Shown piece by piece: positions 39,251 to 52,751 of a DNA stretch of 64,000 nucleotides; within the stretch, counting starts at the first letter, position 1; every line of letters starts with the position of its first letter. The notes beneath the pieces were generated by a model. It did not search any database. It was not told the origin of the DNA and saw only the letters and a list, made by a program, of their open reading frames with translations. The DNA comes from Camelus dromedarius (taxonomy: Eukaryota), in contig NC_087437.1 in the NCBI RefSeq assembly GCF_036321535.1, positions 70,434,001 to 70,498,000 of the forward strand, written 5' to 3'. The position numbers and the translations under genes are program-made.

Positions 39251-40060
39251 TCTTACCTAATTTAACTCTGCTGCTGTCCCAGATCCATGGATCATTGATC
39301 ATATGAATAGCTTCTGTTAGTGCTTGGCACTGCCTCACACAAGCTGACCCCATTGACTGAATCTCAGAACCATTGTGTGGCACTGGCTTCAGACAGGCAA
39401 ATACCGATTATGGTTACCGGCCACAAAGAAAGTGAACCGTTGAGGGAAACTCTATGCTGCATTATTTTGTCTGCACAACAGAAGTGGTTCACCTTTACCA
39501 CCACCACCACCACCACCTTTGGTTATTAGGGATCCTCTCACCCTCAGTACTCGGCTATCCATCCTAACCTCCTTTTCTTCCCCTGGAGGAGGTGTTATAG
39601 CAGTGTCTTTGGCAGGGTTAGTAAGTAACTCACTTATTTACTTTGGTTGACAATAAATAACTCTGGCTTGTTGATAATTGTGCATATGTTTTATGTGTCT
39701 TTAGATAATGAGACAGTCTTACACATCTGGCATCTGAAATTGAATCAATATTCCTTTATAGCTGGTCTCCTATTATATAACTCTATTAACAAAAAGTAGA
39801 TTACGTAAGGAAAAAACACTTACTAGGGCATTTTATAAGTGATACACATTCATGTATGTACTGATGACTTTTGTTGAGTGTTACCTAAATATCAGCTTTT
39901 GCTCAATGATATAAAAAATAAACCTGACATATGTTTTCTTGCTTTAAAGTATACTAGAGCTGTCACAAATGCCTTAAACTGTATTGTGTTTACATTTGTA
40001 TGTGAGCTGTATGTACATATTTTTTGTTTTGTTTTTTGTTTTTTAAGACTTTTCTTAGAG

Positions 40061-40184
40061 TTTTTTTGGGGGGGGGAGGAGTAATTAGGATTATTATTTT
40101 TTTTTTAATGGAGGTACTGGGTATTGAACCCAGGACCTTGTGCACACTGGGCATGCGCTCTACCACTGAGCTATACCCTCCCCC
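40061..40184 (-). mobile_element. tRNA-derived SINE, camelid vic-1 type
   Basis: Minus strand reads GGGGGAGGGTATAGCTCAGTGGTAGAGCGCATGC..GGTCCTGGGTTCAATACCCAGTACCTCC (A and B boxes), then an AT-rich linker, CCTAATTACTCCTCCCC and an A tail; partial TSD AAGACTTT (40045, 40185). Confidence 0.88.
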
Positions 40185-40719
40185 AAGACTTTATTTTTTT
40201 AGAGAAGTTTTGAGTTCACAGTAAAATTAATAGAAAGGTATTATGTACAGACTTTTTCAGCACTTTTAGCTCTTTGAGGATAAGATGTTTTCTAATTTAT
40301 TTTTTAGCCTATCATATTGCCAAACAACACTTTGCATGTAATGGATGCTCACTAAACACTGTTGACCTAGTGACTAAGTTAGTTTGTAATAGGTTGAACA
40401 GATTTGTAGTCCTAAATTGTTCTTGCCATCATTTCACTCTGCATAAATAAAGAAGTTTTGCCAAGATGATTAAAAATGTGTTATTGAATTACTGGTGTAG
40501 ATTTTAAAACTGTGGAATGAAAGAGACCTTGGTTGTACCCCTATGAGGAGGCAGTGAGAATGAGTTTCTCACTGTAGGTATACTTAGTGGACTTTATGTG
40601 TGACTAAATTAATTTATTTTACTTATGACATTTAGATTTATGATTTCCATATGGCACTCTACAACTTTTTTCTTTTGCCCCTACCCTGACAACTAATATT
40701 TCTTCCTATTATAAAATTA

Positions 40720-41210
40720 ATATTTATTGTAGGGATTAACTACATCTGAAACTAAAAAGAAAAAATAAAATCATGCATAATCTTATTATTCAGATGTAAT
40801 CACTCTTAATATTTTTTTTCCTCATTCACACAATTTCATTATGTCCATGCAATTGGTACCTATATGTTTATAAAACATTATAGTACCACTTAAGGATTGT
40901 TTCAAAACCTTACTTTATATGGAAATGCTATGCTTTATTTAATTTTAATTTTTTTCCACTATGGGACATTTAGGTTACTTTTAGTTTTTTTGCTGTCATA
41001 CATATTATCTTTTGAACATAAATCTCTGTTGGTTTTCAGTTATGTAAGATAGATTCCTAGAACTAAAATTACTGAGAAAAGATTCTGAACTTTAAGTTCT
41101 TGATACATATTACCCAATAGTTTTCCAGACAATTTTTAGCAATTCACATTCTCATCATAAGTATTATAAAGATGATGTTTTATTGTCACTATCAAAATTG
41201 ATTATTTCTT
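40720..41210 (-). mobile_element. Old L1ME-like 3' fragment
   Basis: GGACATTTAGGTTACTT, GATAGATTCCTAGAA, TTGATACATATTACCCAA. Confidence 0.6.
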
Positions 41211-44200
41211 CTACACACTTGCTTGAAAGACTGATATTTACACTCAGAATTATATAAAGCAAGTATTTTAGTTTGCTTTCAGAAAGAATTATGAAATATT
41301 TTTAAGGGTCACAGCAGTTCAGAAGCTGCATGTTGCAATACGGTTTCCACCTACATGCAAATATTTTTCAGGTCTAATTGTAAACTGCATATCTTGCTTA
41401 AGCTGTACTTCTGTTTCGATACCTACTTCATTGGCAGTTTCCTTGAAGTGTGTTGGGTTGAAGCATTATATATAGTGTGGCTTTAACATTCCCTCTTATA
41501 GCAATCAATCTCATTTCTATTTGCTGTTGTAACTTGAAGTTAATGAACATTCAGAGTTTACTTTTATTTATTTATGCATTTTTGTGGACTGCTCTACAAA
41601 AGCTCCTTTCTTCCTCACCAATATTCTATCCAAACTGAGAGTAGGTGAATTTGGGTGGTTTCATTTTAGAGAGTAGCAATCATATTTGTATGAGGAAGGC
41701 AATAGTCTTGGAAGAATACCAAAAAAAATCATTTTTAAGTATTTGTCTCGTCCTCTAGTGAAAGCATTTTCCTTTCAGAGGCCATGGTAAGTCTTAGTCC
41801 CTTGCTGGCACTTGTGTTTGATCATACTGGTCTGGGATGCTCTGTGTACAGTTGTGAATTTAGGGTAATGTGAAATATCCTATGGAGAAAATAAAGAAAT
41901 AAAATAACTCAGCTCTTTAAGGACTGCAGTCTTTTCTACTTCTCTGCAGAAATTGTCTAGCATAAATAACTGGCTCCATTTAGAAAATTAATTCTTACTT
42001 ACATATTTGTTTTACATTTCAGAGTACCTGATAAATCGCAAATCTGTCTGTGCCCCATAGCTGCACAGGTATGTATATGAATTACCTATAGTTATATTAA
42101 CCTATTTATTAATCAACAAGCTATTACTATTTTGTGTATTAAAATTACTTACAGATTTCATAATGTGAAAATGTTAATTTTTGAGTACTTATATTGACAA
42201 CATCAAAGGATAGTGCATTTTATACATACCTTCCATTTCACTCTATTGTAAGAATCAAATAAACATTTCTAAGATTTGATGAGGCAGAATAATTTTAATT
42301 ACAAAGCATTCATCTGGTGAAGAGAGTAGAGAGTGTTTTATGAAACTGTATTGTTACAGCAACTGCTGATATGAGGTCAGAGACTACTGCAGAATCACTG
42401 TTTTTGACATTATTGTTTTATTTTCAAACTTTGTTTTGCTGCTTTTGAGTTTTTTCTATGGTGGTGGTTTTAGGTAAGGAGCAGTTGCAGATGTACTGTC
42501 TGCTGCACTGTCTTAAGCACTAGAGGAATGGAAAAAAGTGTTTGCACCTGTTTAAAATCTTAACTGTACGGTGTTGTGGTTCCTGGGCAACAGGCAGGAA
42601 TTCTCAAAAGCTTGGTTGCACCTGCTCAATTGTTGCTCACAGCTGTGTCATATGCGTGAGAGCACAGAGAAGCTTGTTAGCAGTTTGCTTGTGCTGTTAC
42701 GTATTTTGTGTACTCTGAATTTGAAAAATTCTTACTTGAAGTAGACCTTGAACTATAACATTGGCTTATTATAAGACTCACTGGTTTTAGCTCCTAAATA
42801 TGTTAGCCAAATTCTTCACTCTGCGTCTCAACGATTTTTTTAGTAGCTGTTGACTGCTCTAGATAATGTGTATGTTACCTTCTTTATAGGATACCTGGGG
42901 AGAGCAGGTCTCTCTAGATAACTGGGTTGGTAACAGTTTTTGTCCTCGTAGAGACATTTTGTGTTTGGCTCAATTTCACTATGTTGGCAACCCCACTATG
43001 TGAGGTTGGATGTAGTTATTGATCCATTTAGCTGAACAGATTTGAAAGCATTTGGCTATTAGTGGACACATGGGGCATATTCAGAAAATTTAAGGATATA
43101 TTGTAAGATAATTTCCTGATTTGTGCGTGTGTCTTCTGTTGCAGTTGGGTGGAAGTGAGGGAGGAAAAGAAGCGAAAATAGTAATCTTAGAAAAGGGATT
43201 AAAATCTAGATGTAAATTTTAAGGCTGGAATATCATCCTTTACTTTCATCCAATCCTAGTCACCCGATATTTTTTCCTAAGTGTTGCTGTTAGTGATGTT
43301 GTTTATTTTAGGTAAAAGCTCTGTATATTTTCTGACAAATATCTACACTTTTAATATAGACAGGGTATTACAGACCATATTATATACTAGTTAGAGTTCT
43401 GTAAATGGAACATAAAAAGTGACAACTCAATATGCTAAGTATTTAATTAAATAATTTAGTAGTTTCGAATTACCAGTATTGAAACGTATTAAAATTTGCA
43501 TTATTCTTCTCAAAAAATACTATATTTTAAAAAATGCTCAGGAGTTTCCATCAGTATTTAGTAACATAAAATCATGGAGCTGGTGTATTTTTTCCTTTTA
43601 TTGACCAATGTAAGTCTGTTTTTTTTTCTTTTTAATAAACTACCATAATATGAATTTAACCTCTTTGACAGTAGGAAATACAGGTATTGAGCTAACTATA
43701 GGATTGTCCATGGCCTCTTAATACAATGCCTTATACATAGTAGGTGGTCTCTAAATGTTGAATGAATGCATATATGAATAACACATGTCTGGACAGAAGA
43801 GAGTCCTAGAAACTTGTTGCCTGTTATACAGTTTGGATGTTATATATTTTGATGAACTTCCTTTAGTTCTCATACTACTGATGAGACAGGGATGAGAGTA
43901 CTGATAAATTCTGTCCTTAAAATGAGAAATGTACAAATTGATCTTTTTATAATCAAGAATTGCCATAACACTGTTTGCAGTATTCTTTGTATTTATTTTT
44001 GTTGGCTATGAGAAAAGTCTGTGTTACCCCTATTTTACACACAATGCTGAGGCATTCAATGACTAAGTCTCTTGTCACCTTGGAAATATTTGCAACATAG
44101 GAATGAATAAATCTTCTGTGTTATATGAGCAATGCCATAGGTTTCCTGAACAATTGCTTTCTCCTCCTACTCCTCCACCCCCATCCTAACTCTATCTCAC

Positions 44201-45129
44201 TGAAAACACAAAAATAAAATGTATGTTGACTTTCTTAGGGTCAGGCAAGATCAAATCATATTAAAAATCTGTTTGCTAAACAGAAGTAATGGTCCTTGTA
44301 TTTACTGTATACATGCTTATAATTATGGTTTCTATTATTCATTAAATTCTAACTGTAAGTAAGTAAAAATAGAGCCAAGTAGAGGTAGAGTCAAAATAGG
44401 GTTAGTTAAGACCTGCTCAAGATAGGCTTCTCTGAAGTTCCATTTTGTATATGGCATGAGGTAGTCACACAACAATGGCAGAGGTAGCATAGTAAGCCAG
44501 TATCCATTGCATCAAAACATCTTGCTTAACTTGTCAAATTTTGGTACCACTGGTTGAGGATGTTCATTGGTACTATTAAGCCTGGATATGCTTTTTCCTC
44601 TGTGAACAGTTTTTTTTTCACTTTGGTTTATACCAGTGAATGAGAGGCCAATATTAAGGACATTTTTTTCCCCAGAAACTTAGTGTGGTATACTATATTC
44701 CTCCGTCTCAATATTAGAAATTAAGAGATGAGCCAAGAACACATATCAGCTGGAATACTAAACCAAATAATAGCAGATGCCTCAATGACTCGTACTAGGA
44801 ATAATAGTATAGAATCCCCAGGAGAGAGAAATCACCAAACCCTAGGATTCCTGAGCATAATTGCAGTTTTCCCTGTGATTTTGGGGTTAAGGAAATAAAG
44901 GAAGAAAATCAAAGTTTTTTGAGAACATAGTATGTCTAGATATAATTTCTTCATTTCTACCCTTCCCTTCCTCCCTCCCTTCCTCATTCCCTTTCTTCCT
45001 TTTATTTCGCACAATAAATGGATGCCTACTATTTGCTAGACACTGAACTAGGCTAAATGCATAACACAAAGTTCTTGCCCTCAAAGAGCATACAGGCTGG
45101 TAGGAAACAAAGATATGTCAGCAGAGCTC

Positions 45130-45330
45130 TTTTTGGCTTCACTACCTATTAGTATGGACCTAGTCAAGTTACCTAATCTTTCTGTTCCTTTGTTACTTTT
45201 TTTTTTAGAAAATTGGAAAAATAATAGTACCTACCTCATATATTGTTGTGTTGAGTTAGCTTTAACACAATACATGTAAAATTCTTAGTTTAGTGATTGG
45301 CATGTAGCTAGTGCTTAATAAGTCTTAACT
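45130..45330 (+). mobile_element. MIR SINE
   Basis: CAAGTTACCTAATCTTTCTGT..AATAATAGTACCTACCTCATA..GTGCTTAATAAG. Confidence 0.75.
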
Positions 45331-47109
45331 ATACTACTATTATTTCTGTCACCACCATCACCACTACTACAACTTAGATACTGAAGAAAGACCATCTGCT
45401 TGCCTGAGAGCAGGGATCCTGGTCTGGACATTGTCACAGAGATTGTTTTAAAGGTTCTATCCAAAGTTACCTCTGCTTCTAGGGCTTTAGAAGAGATTCT
45501 AAAAATCATACAGTGTTAGAACTTGAAAGGACCTTAATTGTCATCTATTTAATATCTTTGTTTTATCCATGGTGACAAAATACTCTCAGAAAAGTTCATG
45601 TTCTTGTCAGGGTTACACTGCTTAGTAGGTAAGAGATGCAGGATTTGATCCCAGAACTGTTGATTCTTGGTGTAGTGTGAGAAACCTCATGTGGAAAAAG
45701 ATTAGAGCTAATTTTTTTTGTACTAGTGATTGAAAACTTGATTGCTTGTCCCCAGGAAGTAAATGGACTATGTCAAGTTGTTGGAATACTAACCATAAGA
45801 AAAGCTATTACTGTACTGAATCTAAAAGACTTTCAGGTATTCTCATAAAGGGAATAGTTTATTTTAAATTGATTGAAGCCTTTCAGTTTGTGAATAACTG
45901 GTTTCTCCTTAAGAGGAATAAACTGAGTCAAGTTTAGCAAGACATCTAATATGTAAGTGACTTCAGATGCTTTAAAGGAGTCTGTGACTTCCTTAAATTA
46001 ATCAGCATCTTAGAAGCCATGATGCTTTTTAGAGTATCTGGATTCTAAATCTCTTGCCTGACTTTGAATTATAGGAGCTTTGGAGTTCAAATGACCTGTA
46101 CTGAAATTTCAGTTCCACAATTCAATATAATATATTGGTAATGATGTCCACATTTTTAATGATGGCTGTGAGGATTAAAGTAGATTAGGTATACAAAATA
46201 CTTTAGTACATAACACACTAATATTGCATAAATATTAAATTTGTTCTCTCTCCTGTTAAAATATAGAAGATGTTAGGATGGGCAGTATAGGACTTTGGAG
46301 GATGTATAGGATTCACCCATTAAGAAAATTACTATGGCAACATTATGTCTTTGATGTTTGTAGTTGAGTGTCTCAGTTCAGCTTGGTTAGACTCACCAGT
46401 CTAACAGTGCATGCTACATGTCTATAGAAGCTGGGGCTATTTAAAGAAAAACTCAAGATGAAGAGTTAAATGTCTGTTGATTATGGGAATACGCCTTACA
46501 ATGGAAGGGCTATTGATACAACTCCCAGGCAACTGTTACTCCTCTTTTGAAAGTCATATACTCTTGAAACTAATTTTTTGCATACAATGAAGAACCCATA
46601 CTCGCCAATTAAACCACATCTCTTACATGCATCCTAGTAAACTGAAGGTTGTTCTGTTGACAAGGTTGTCACAACCTAAGCAGCCCCAGGTTTAGTGAGT
46701 AGAGTTAGCAATGAATAAATAATGGCTTTATAAGGCTTTCTTTTTTTCTTGAGAAGGAAATTGGTGTGGTAAAATGTCCTGATACCCTCCTATGCAAACT
46801 CCCTCAACAGTAGAAAAGTGGATTTGTGAATTTGTTTGTATGATTTTCCCTTAATTATCTCTAATAAAAAACTAGATGATCTTAATTATAGTATACCAGT
46901 TTTCTTTTTTCCTGCCAGGCTGTATATATTGCAGCAATATCTTCCTGAACAGCAGTCAGAAAAGAAGGGGAAAAGCACTAGCTAATATATTATATAGACC
47001 ATTATTCAGTAGAGTTAATAAAGTTGACTTACCTAATGTCAAGTGTACAGTTTTGATCATGATGAGTCAAGGCAAACATTGATGATCAATGAAATTTTTA
47101 TTTAGTTGA

Positions 47110-47521
47110 TATTAGTTTGCTAGGGCTGCTATAACAAAGTATCACAGAACTGGGCAGCTTATACAATAGGAATAGCTTTCTCACTGTGGAAGCCTGAAAT
47201 CAATGTTTTGGCAGAGTTGGTTCCTTCTGAGACCTGTGAACGAAGGGTCTGTTCCAGGCTTCTCTCCTAGGCTTGTAGATGGCCATCTTCTCCCAGTGTT
47301 TCTTCAGATTGTCTTCCCTCTGTGCATATCTGTCTCTGTGCCCAGATTTCCCTTTTTTATAAGAACATCAGTCATATTGAATTAGGGCCTTCTGTAATTA
47401 TCTCATTTTAAGTTGATTACCTCCTAAAGAGCCTATCTCCAAATAAGGTCACACTTTGAGGTGCTTAGGGTTACGACTCTAATTTATCTTTTCAGGGAGG
47501 GAACACGATTCAACTCATAAC
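47110..47521 (-). mobile_element. MLT1A/B/C-like MaLR solo LTR
   Basis: TATTAGTTTGCTAGGGCTGCTATAACAAAG..TCTCCAAATAAGGTCACA..ATTCAACTCATAAC. Confidence 0.88.
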
Positions 47522-47539
47522 GGTTGAGTTAAAATAGTT

Positions 47540-47740
47540 AGCATATACTGAGTGACTTCTATATTCCAGAGAGATGTTTTATATATACATTATTGACAAT
47601 CATTACAACAATCTACTAGGAAGATGTTATTTTCCCCATTTTACAGGTGAAAAGAAAAAACTTAGAAAGAATATGCAATTTGTCCAAAACCACACAGCTA
47701 GTAAATATTTCAACCCAAAATTCAGTTCTGCCTTGATAAC
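47540..47740 (-). mobile_element. MIR SINE
   Basis: CCCCATTTTACAGGTGAAAAG..TTTGTCCAAAACCACACAGCTAGTAAAT. Confidence 0.7.
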
Positions 47741-50700
47741 AACTCAGTCAAAAGCCCCCAAAATACTCTGGGCATTTAAGGTTTTGGGGTATTTTTTGTC
47801 ATTAGGGCTTGTGCCAAAGGACATTTTATCCATCAAAAGTGGTACATTATGCTATTGCATAAATGCCTAACATTGACTGCCTACATCGTCACTCCTGAAT
47901 TTTTTGCTGAAAGTTGTCTTTGAAGGCTTAGTGTTTTAGCTCTCCTGCACCTGATGAAGCTTTTGGACAGGTTGGATTCTGAACATAGACTGCATGGATT
48001 TATTCAGGCCCCTGTTTGTGTGGATGGCATGGAAAGCCAAGTCATGCTCAGAGTCTGTTACTCAACACATGTGCACTCTGCTCTCCTCTTTCTCTCTCTC
48101 CCCTCCCTCATCTTTGTTTTTCACTTTTCACATGTAGTTTGTGATTTGTTCCCCCCTTTTTACAATCCTTGCCATGAGTTACCCCTTGAAAGAGATTCAG
48201 TGAGAAAAACAAAAGAAGGAAGATCTCTGCTTATGTGAAAGCCAGTACTACCATAGTATTTACTGTAAACTGGTCACAGACTTGTTATGCATTCACACTG
48301 AAGAGCAAGGGGCATTGTGTACGTTATTTTAAGTTTTCTATCTTACCAATGAACAGTTTGTTCTCACTTTGAAGTTTTAAAGCAGAACTTGCTTATGACC
48401 CAATTTCACTAATAATTCTCTTAAGTAACCCTTGTACTCATTTATAAGATTTTTTTTCCACCCACTATCTGTCTAGCCTGGTTTAAAATTTTTATATATG
48501 TACTTTTAAAAAATTGATTAGCTGGAGAGCTGCCCGTTCCTCTGTGCTGTATAATAAGGATTTAAAAACCACACACTGAATTCTGTATAGTGTAATTAAA
48601 ACTGACCCACATTTGGACCTGAGTACACCAGGACTTAGCCAAACTTGCCATGAGCTGAGTTCTGGTGGCAGATGGGAACTAATGAGGACACACTCCACTC
48701 CAGAATTTCCCAGCTGCTTGGCCCCTTTTTGTACAAACAAGGTTTGGAGCGAAGTCCGGATCCCAAGAGCATGTTCTGTAAATGTGCTATACCCAATGAT
48801 TTGGGAAATGTTATCACAAAATCAGGCTGTTTCAAGGTATCCTTAAGACCTCAGCTACTGTCAGATTTTAAACATGAAAATTCAAAAGGACCTTTTGTGC
48901 TCTCTCCAACCAGTTTTTAATTTTAAAGTGAATTAAAACCACATTTCCTCTGGTCTTTTTTCCTGTGCCTGGGGATAGAATGATCACTTATATCCAAACT
49001 TAGAGATTTTCAGGTGGTTGTCTCAGGATAGACTAGGTCTCCTTGCAACCTACGGATCTCTTCAACTGGTTTGATGTCCTGGGACTATTCAGGCAGATGT
49101 AATTGAATCAGTTTGAAGCAGCTGTAGCTGGCATGTGGTCTCTCAGATTGCTAGCACCTGCTTGTTTTTTTGCAACTCACTAGAGTGAGAGAGGTGCCAA
49201 AACCAGCATTGGTCTTGGAGCAGAAGCGCTTCAAATCCTGTATTTCATTCTCCTTCCAATCTAGCCACATCGCCATTGGTGCCTGAATTAATAAAACCCC
49301 TTTTCATGATTATGTCTGAGGTGTACTCTTCCTTCTCATTCTTCTCAGCGTTGAGATCCTGACAGTACTGACCATGCTAGTCCAAAAAAATAAGGGAGTA
49401 TAATGGTGATCAGGTGGCTTTGGAGCTCTTTTATCATTAGACAACTGTGTAGCCTGTGGTTTGCAGAATCATTTAAATGAACGTACCAAATTCATTTGCT
49501 GTTCCAGCACAGTCTTATTGGCACAGAGAATGAGCAGTTAATGTATAACAAACTGTGAGCTGTTATGGAATATGATAAATACATTTGCTTAGCAGGAGGG
49601 AATGTAAAATGGAACTATTTCTCTAATGTAACTCTAATCAACATGGATTTCTTCAACACTTACTATGTGCAAGAAGATGCAGTGTACTAAAAAAGTGATA
49701 AAAATTCTAAGATATACTAAATATGTAAAATATACTTTTAAATATATGTATTTAGAAATTTTTAAGAGATTTAAATTATAAAAATGCTTGTTTTCTTTGT
49801 CTTCTGTCTGTTCCATTATTGGAACAACATATCATTTAGCAGACATATATTTCCTGAATATTACCAATTTCCTAATGGTTAAGTTGAACCTGGAGATGAT
49901 AAAGACAACACATTTACCTAAAATGTATAGTTTATGTAGCAAAGTTTCTTTAAAATGGTTTAATATTGATAATCTTTTGAGAGAAGCCAAGAAATAAATT
50001 GAGTTTATCAATAATAGTAATAAGAGTGAATTCTAAAAATGTTGTTTTGTTATCATTAGCAGATGCCTAGTTTACAAGGCATAACTAGATGCTATGGGCA
50101 TAAAAAATTACATATGGTCTTAGACTACAAGAATCTTATGGTATACTTGAAGAGACATGACATAAATTAACAAGTAAAAATAAGGCACTCTCAGTATTAA
50201 GTACATGCTCTAGACCTGAATTTGGCTCAGATAAATGCTATAAAAGTGAAAATATCAGCACTGTTGTCAAATGAAGTCTCGAGACCCAGTATCCCCCTGG
50301 TAACTTACCCTGCCCATGAAGGACATCACCAATCTACCATGGTTATCTCTGAACTAAACCAGAACTTGGTCTAAGAATTCTCCTGAAAATAACACTTTAG
50401 ATAACCGTTACCAATTAATGGAAATTGATTTACGATGAAACCTATTTGTTATTGCTGAAAAAGTCGTTAAGTACTGGAGAGGTTTAGTAAAACTCTGTGA
50501 TCTGCAAGTAAGACGTAGGATTTGAGCTAGGCCTTAAATAACATAAACATAGGACTTATTCACAGATGTATTGTGCACTTTGAATAGAACAATACAATTA
50601 TATAAAAAAGAAGCAAGAATTTAAGAAGCACCCCATAATCTAGTCATTACTAATTGTTGAATAATTTGCTTCTCAATAATAATTTTCTTTCATCTGTAAC

Positions 50701-52308
50701 AACTACTTAATATTAATAATTTATAAAGTAACTGTTTATACAGATCTATTTTAAACATTGCCTTTTGGTGTTTTATTTATTTATTCATTCTTTCACTCAT
50801 TCATTCATTCAATGCAAATTGTTCCAGGTATTGACATAACTGTATTCATTTTCCACCTGATTCTATTGATAACATAATCATCTGCATCTTACTGAGCTTA
50901 TAAAGTATTGAGAGACCAATGCCTTCAAAAACAACTCAAACGTAAACAGGCTCATCTCTGAGTTGTAAGAATCATTTATTTTTATCTTTAGAATATTTGA
51001 TGCCTAGAAGGTTGATCAGAAGATTGGCTAACTAATACATACGAACTACAGAAAGAGTTCAGTTTACTAACAGTGATTAGTGCACATCTCAGATTAAAAA
51101 AAGAAAAAATAATAGTAGTTGATGTTTGCTGTCATCCTAGAAAGATAATAACTTCAACATTTCCTGCTTTTATTATGTAATATTTAATGATGAATATTTG
51201 TATCATCTTTATGATTTTGAGGGTCTTTAAGTGAATTTATGAAATTAATTTATAACTTTCTAAATTTACATCCCTTTATATTTAGGGTGAGAATATGTGA
51301 ATAGATCTTTCATCTTGCACAATATATATTTTCTTTAAACTATTTCTAACTTTTCACATTATTTACTATTATCATTTTTTTGTTAAGAACATCAAAACAA
51401 GATTGCACTTTTTTGTCATGAGTTTTAAAGATAAAAACATGTAAATGAGTTAGCGTCTTTGAATTTTGATATTTAAGTAAGTGTAGATGTATAATGATAT
51501 GTAGAGAAAAAAGTAGATGAGCAGAAAATTAACTAAAAAATGCTGCTTTTATAATGTCTTAACTGTATGTAGCAAATAGGATAACGGAGTTCAGTATTAC
51601 ATTAAGAAATGGTTAATTTTGGACATTAGGAGAACTTTCAAACATAATTTTTAATCACACTGGTCTGATGCCTCAAAAAAATAATGTGCACTTACTAGTC
51701 TTTGCCAGTGTCAGAACAGGATATACCCTCAGCCAAAAGAAAATTGATTTTCCTCCTGTAAATTTGTCATTTGATATTACATTTAAATTCCCATTGATCA
51801 AAAATGGGTATATTTACTTTCTGCATTCAGTTCTTCAGCAACATAAATAATTATTCCCTTGATGACTGACTTAAATCATATTCAATTAAATGATTTCAGG
51901 AATACTTTTGCTATTGATCATGTATTGTTATGAAACATTTATTAATTATTTATGTCTATGGAACTTTAGATTTTTTAAAATATAAATCTTATAATTAAAA
52001 AAATGACTCACATCTGTTTAAGACTGGTTTGTGGATTTCTTGAAATATGAGATTAGAAGAGGTTATATCACTTTTAAATGGCCTTTATCTATGGGATTTA
52101 AGAGGGAACAACTCCAAGTAGACAGTAGTTTATCACTTCTAAGAGTTACTACTAGCAACAGTCACTACAACTTCCCAGTAAGTTTTCCCATTGATCTCTC
52201 TTTGTCCTTGGATGCTCCTATCAACTAAGGACTTTATGGTCACTATTTACACCTATGAAACTGCTGTACCCTCCTTCACTGTTTTAGATCTGGAAAGTAC
52301 AGAGACAG

Positions 52309-52751
52309 TGTATTAGCTTCCTAGGGCTGCTGTAATAAATTGCCACAAAATGAGTGGCTTTAAACAACAGAAATTTATTCTTTCACAGTTCTGGAGGTCA
52401 GAAGTCCAAAATCAAGGGCAGCCCAGCCACAATTCCTCTGAAGGCTCTAGGTGATGATTTTTCTTGCAGCTTCTAGCTTCTGGTAGCCCCAAGTGTCCCT
52501 TGGCTTTTGGTAGCATAACTTCAAACTCAGCCTCCATCTTTACTTGGCGTTCCCCTCTGTGTGTGTCTCTCTGATCTTTCCTCTTCTAAGGACACTAGTC
52601 ATTGGATTTGGGGCTCACCTTAAATCCAGGACGATTTCATCTCAAGATCCTTATCCAGTTACATCTGCAAAGACCCCATTTCCTAATAATGTCACATTCT
52701 GAGGTCCCAGGTAGACATGAAATTTTGAAGAACACCATACAACATACTATA
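52309..52751 (-). mobile_element. MLT1B/C-like MaLR solo LTR
   Basis: TGTATTAGCTTCCTAGGGCTGCTGTAA..AACAACAGAAATTTATTC..ACAGTTCTGGAGG..TTACATCTGCAAAGACCC..TCACATTCTGAGG. Confidence 0.9.

Noticed and set aside
40110..40184. tRNA gene
   Set aside because: Has a SINE tail, A tail and partial TSD; it is a tRNA-derived SINE
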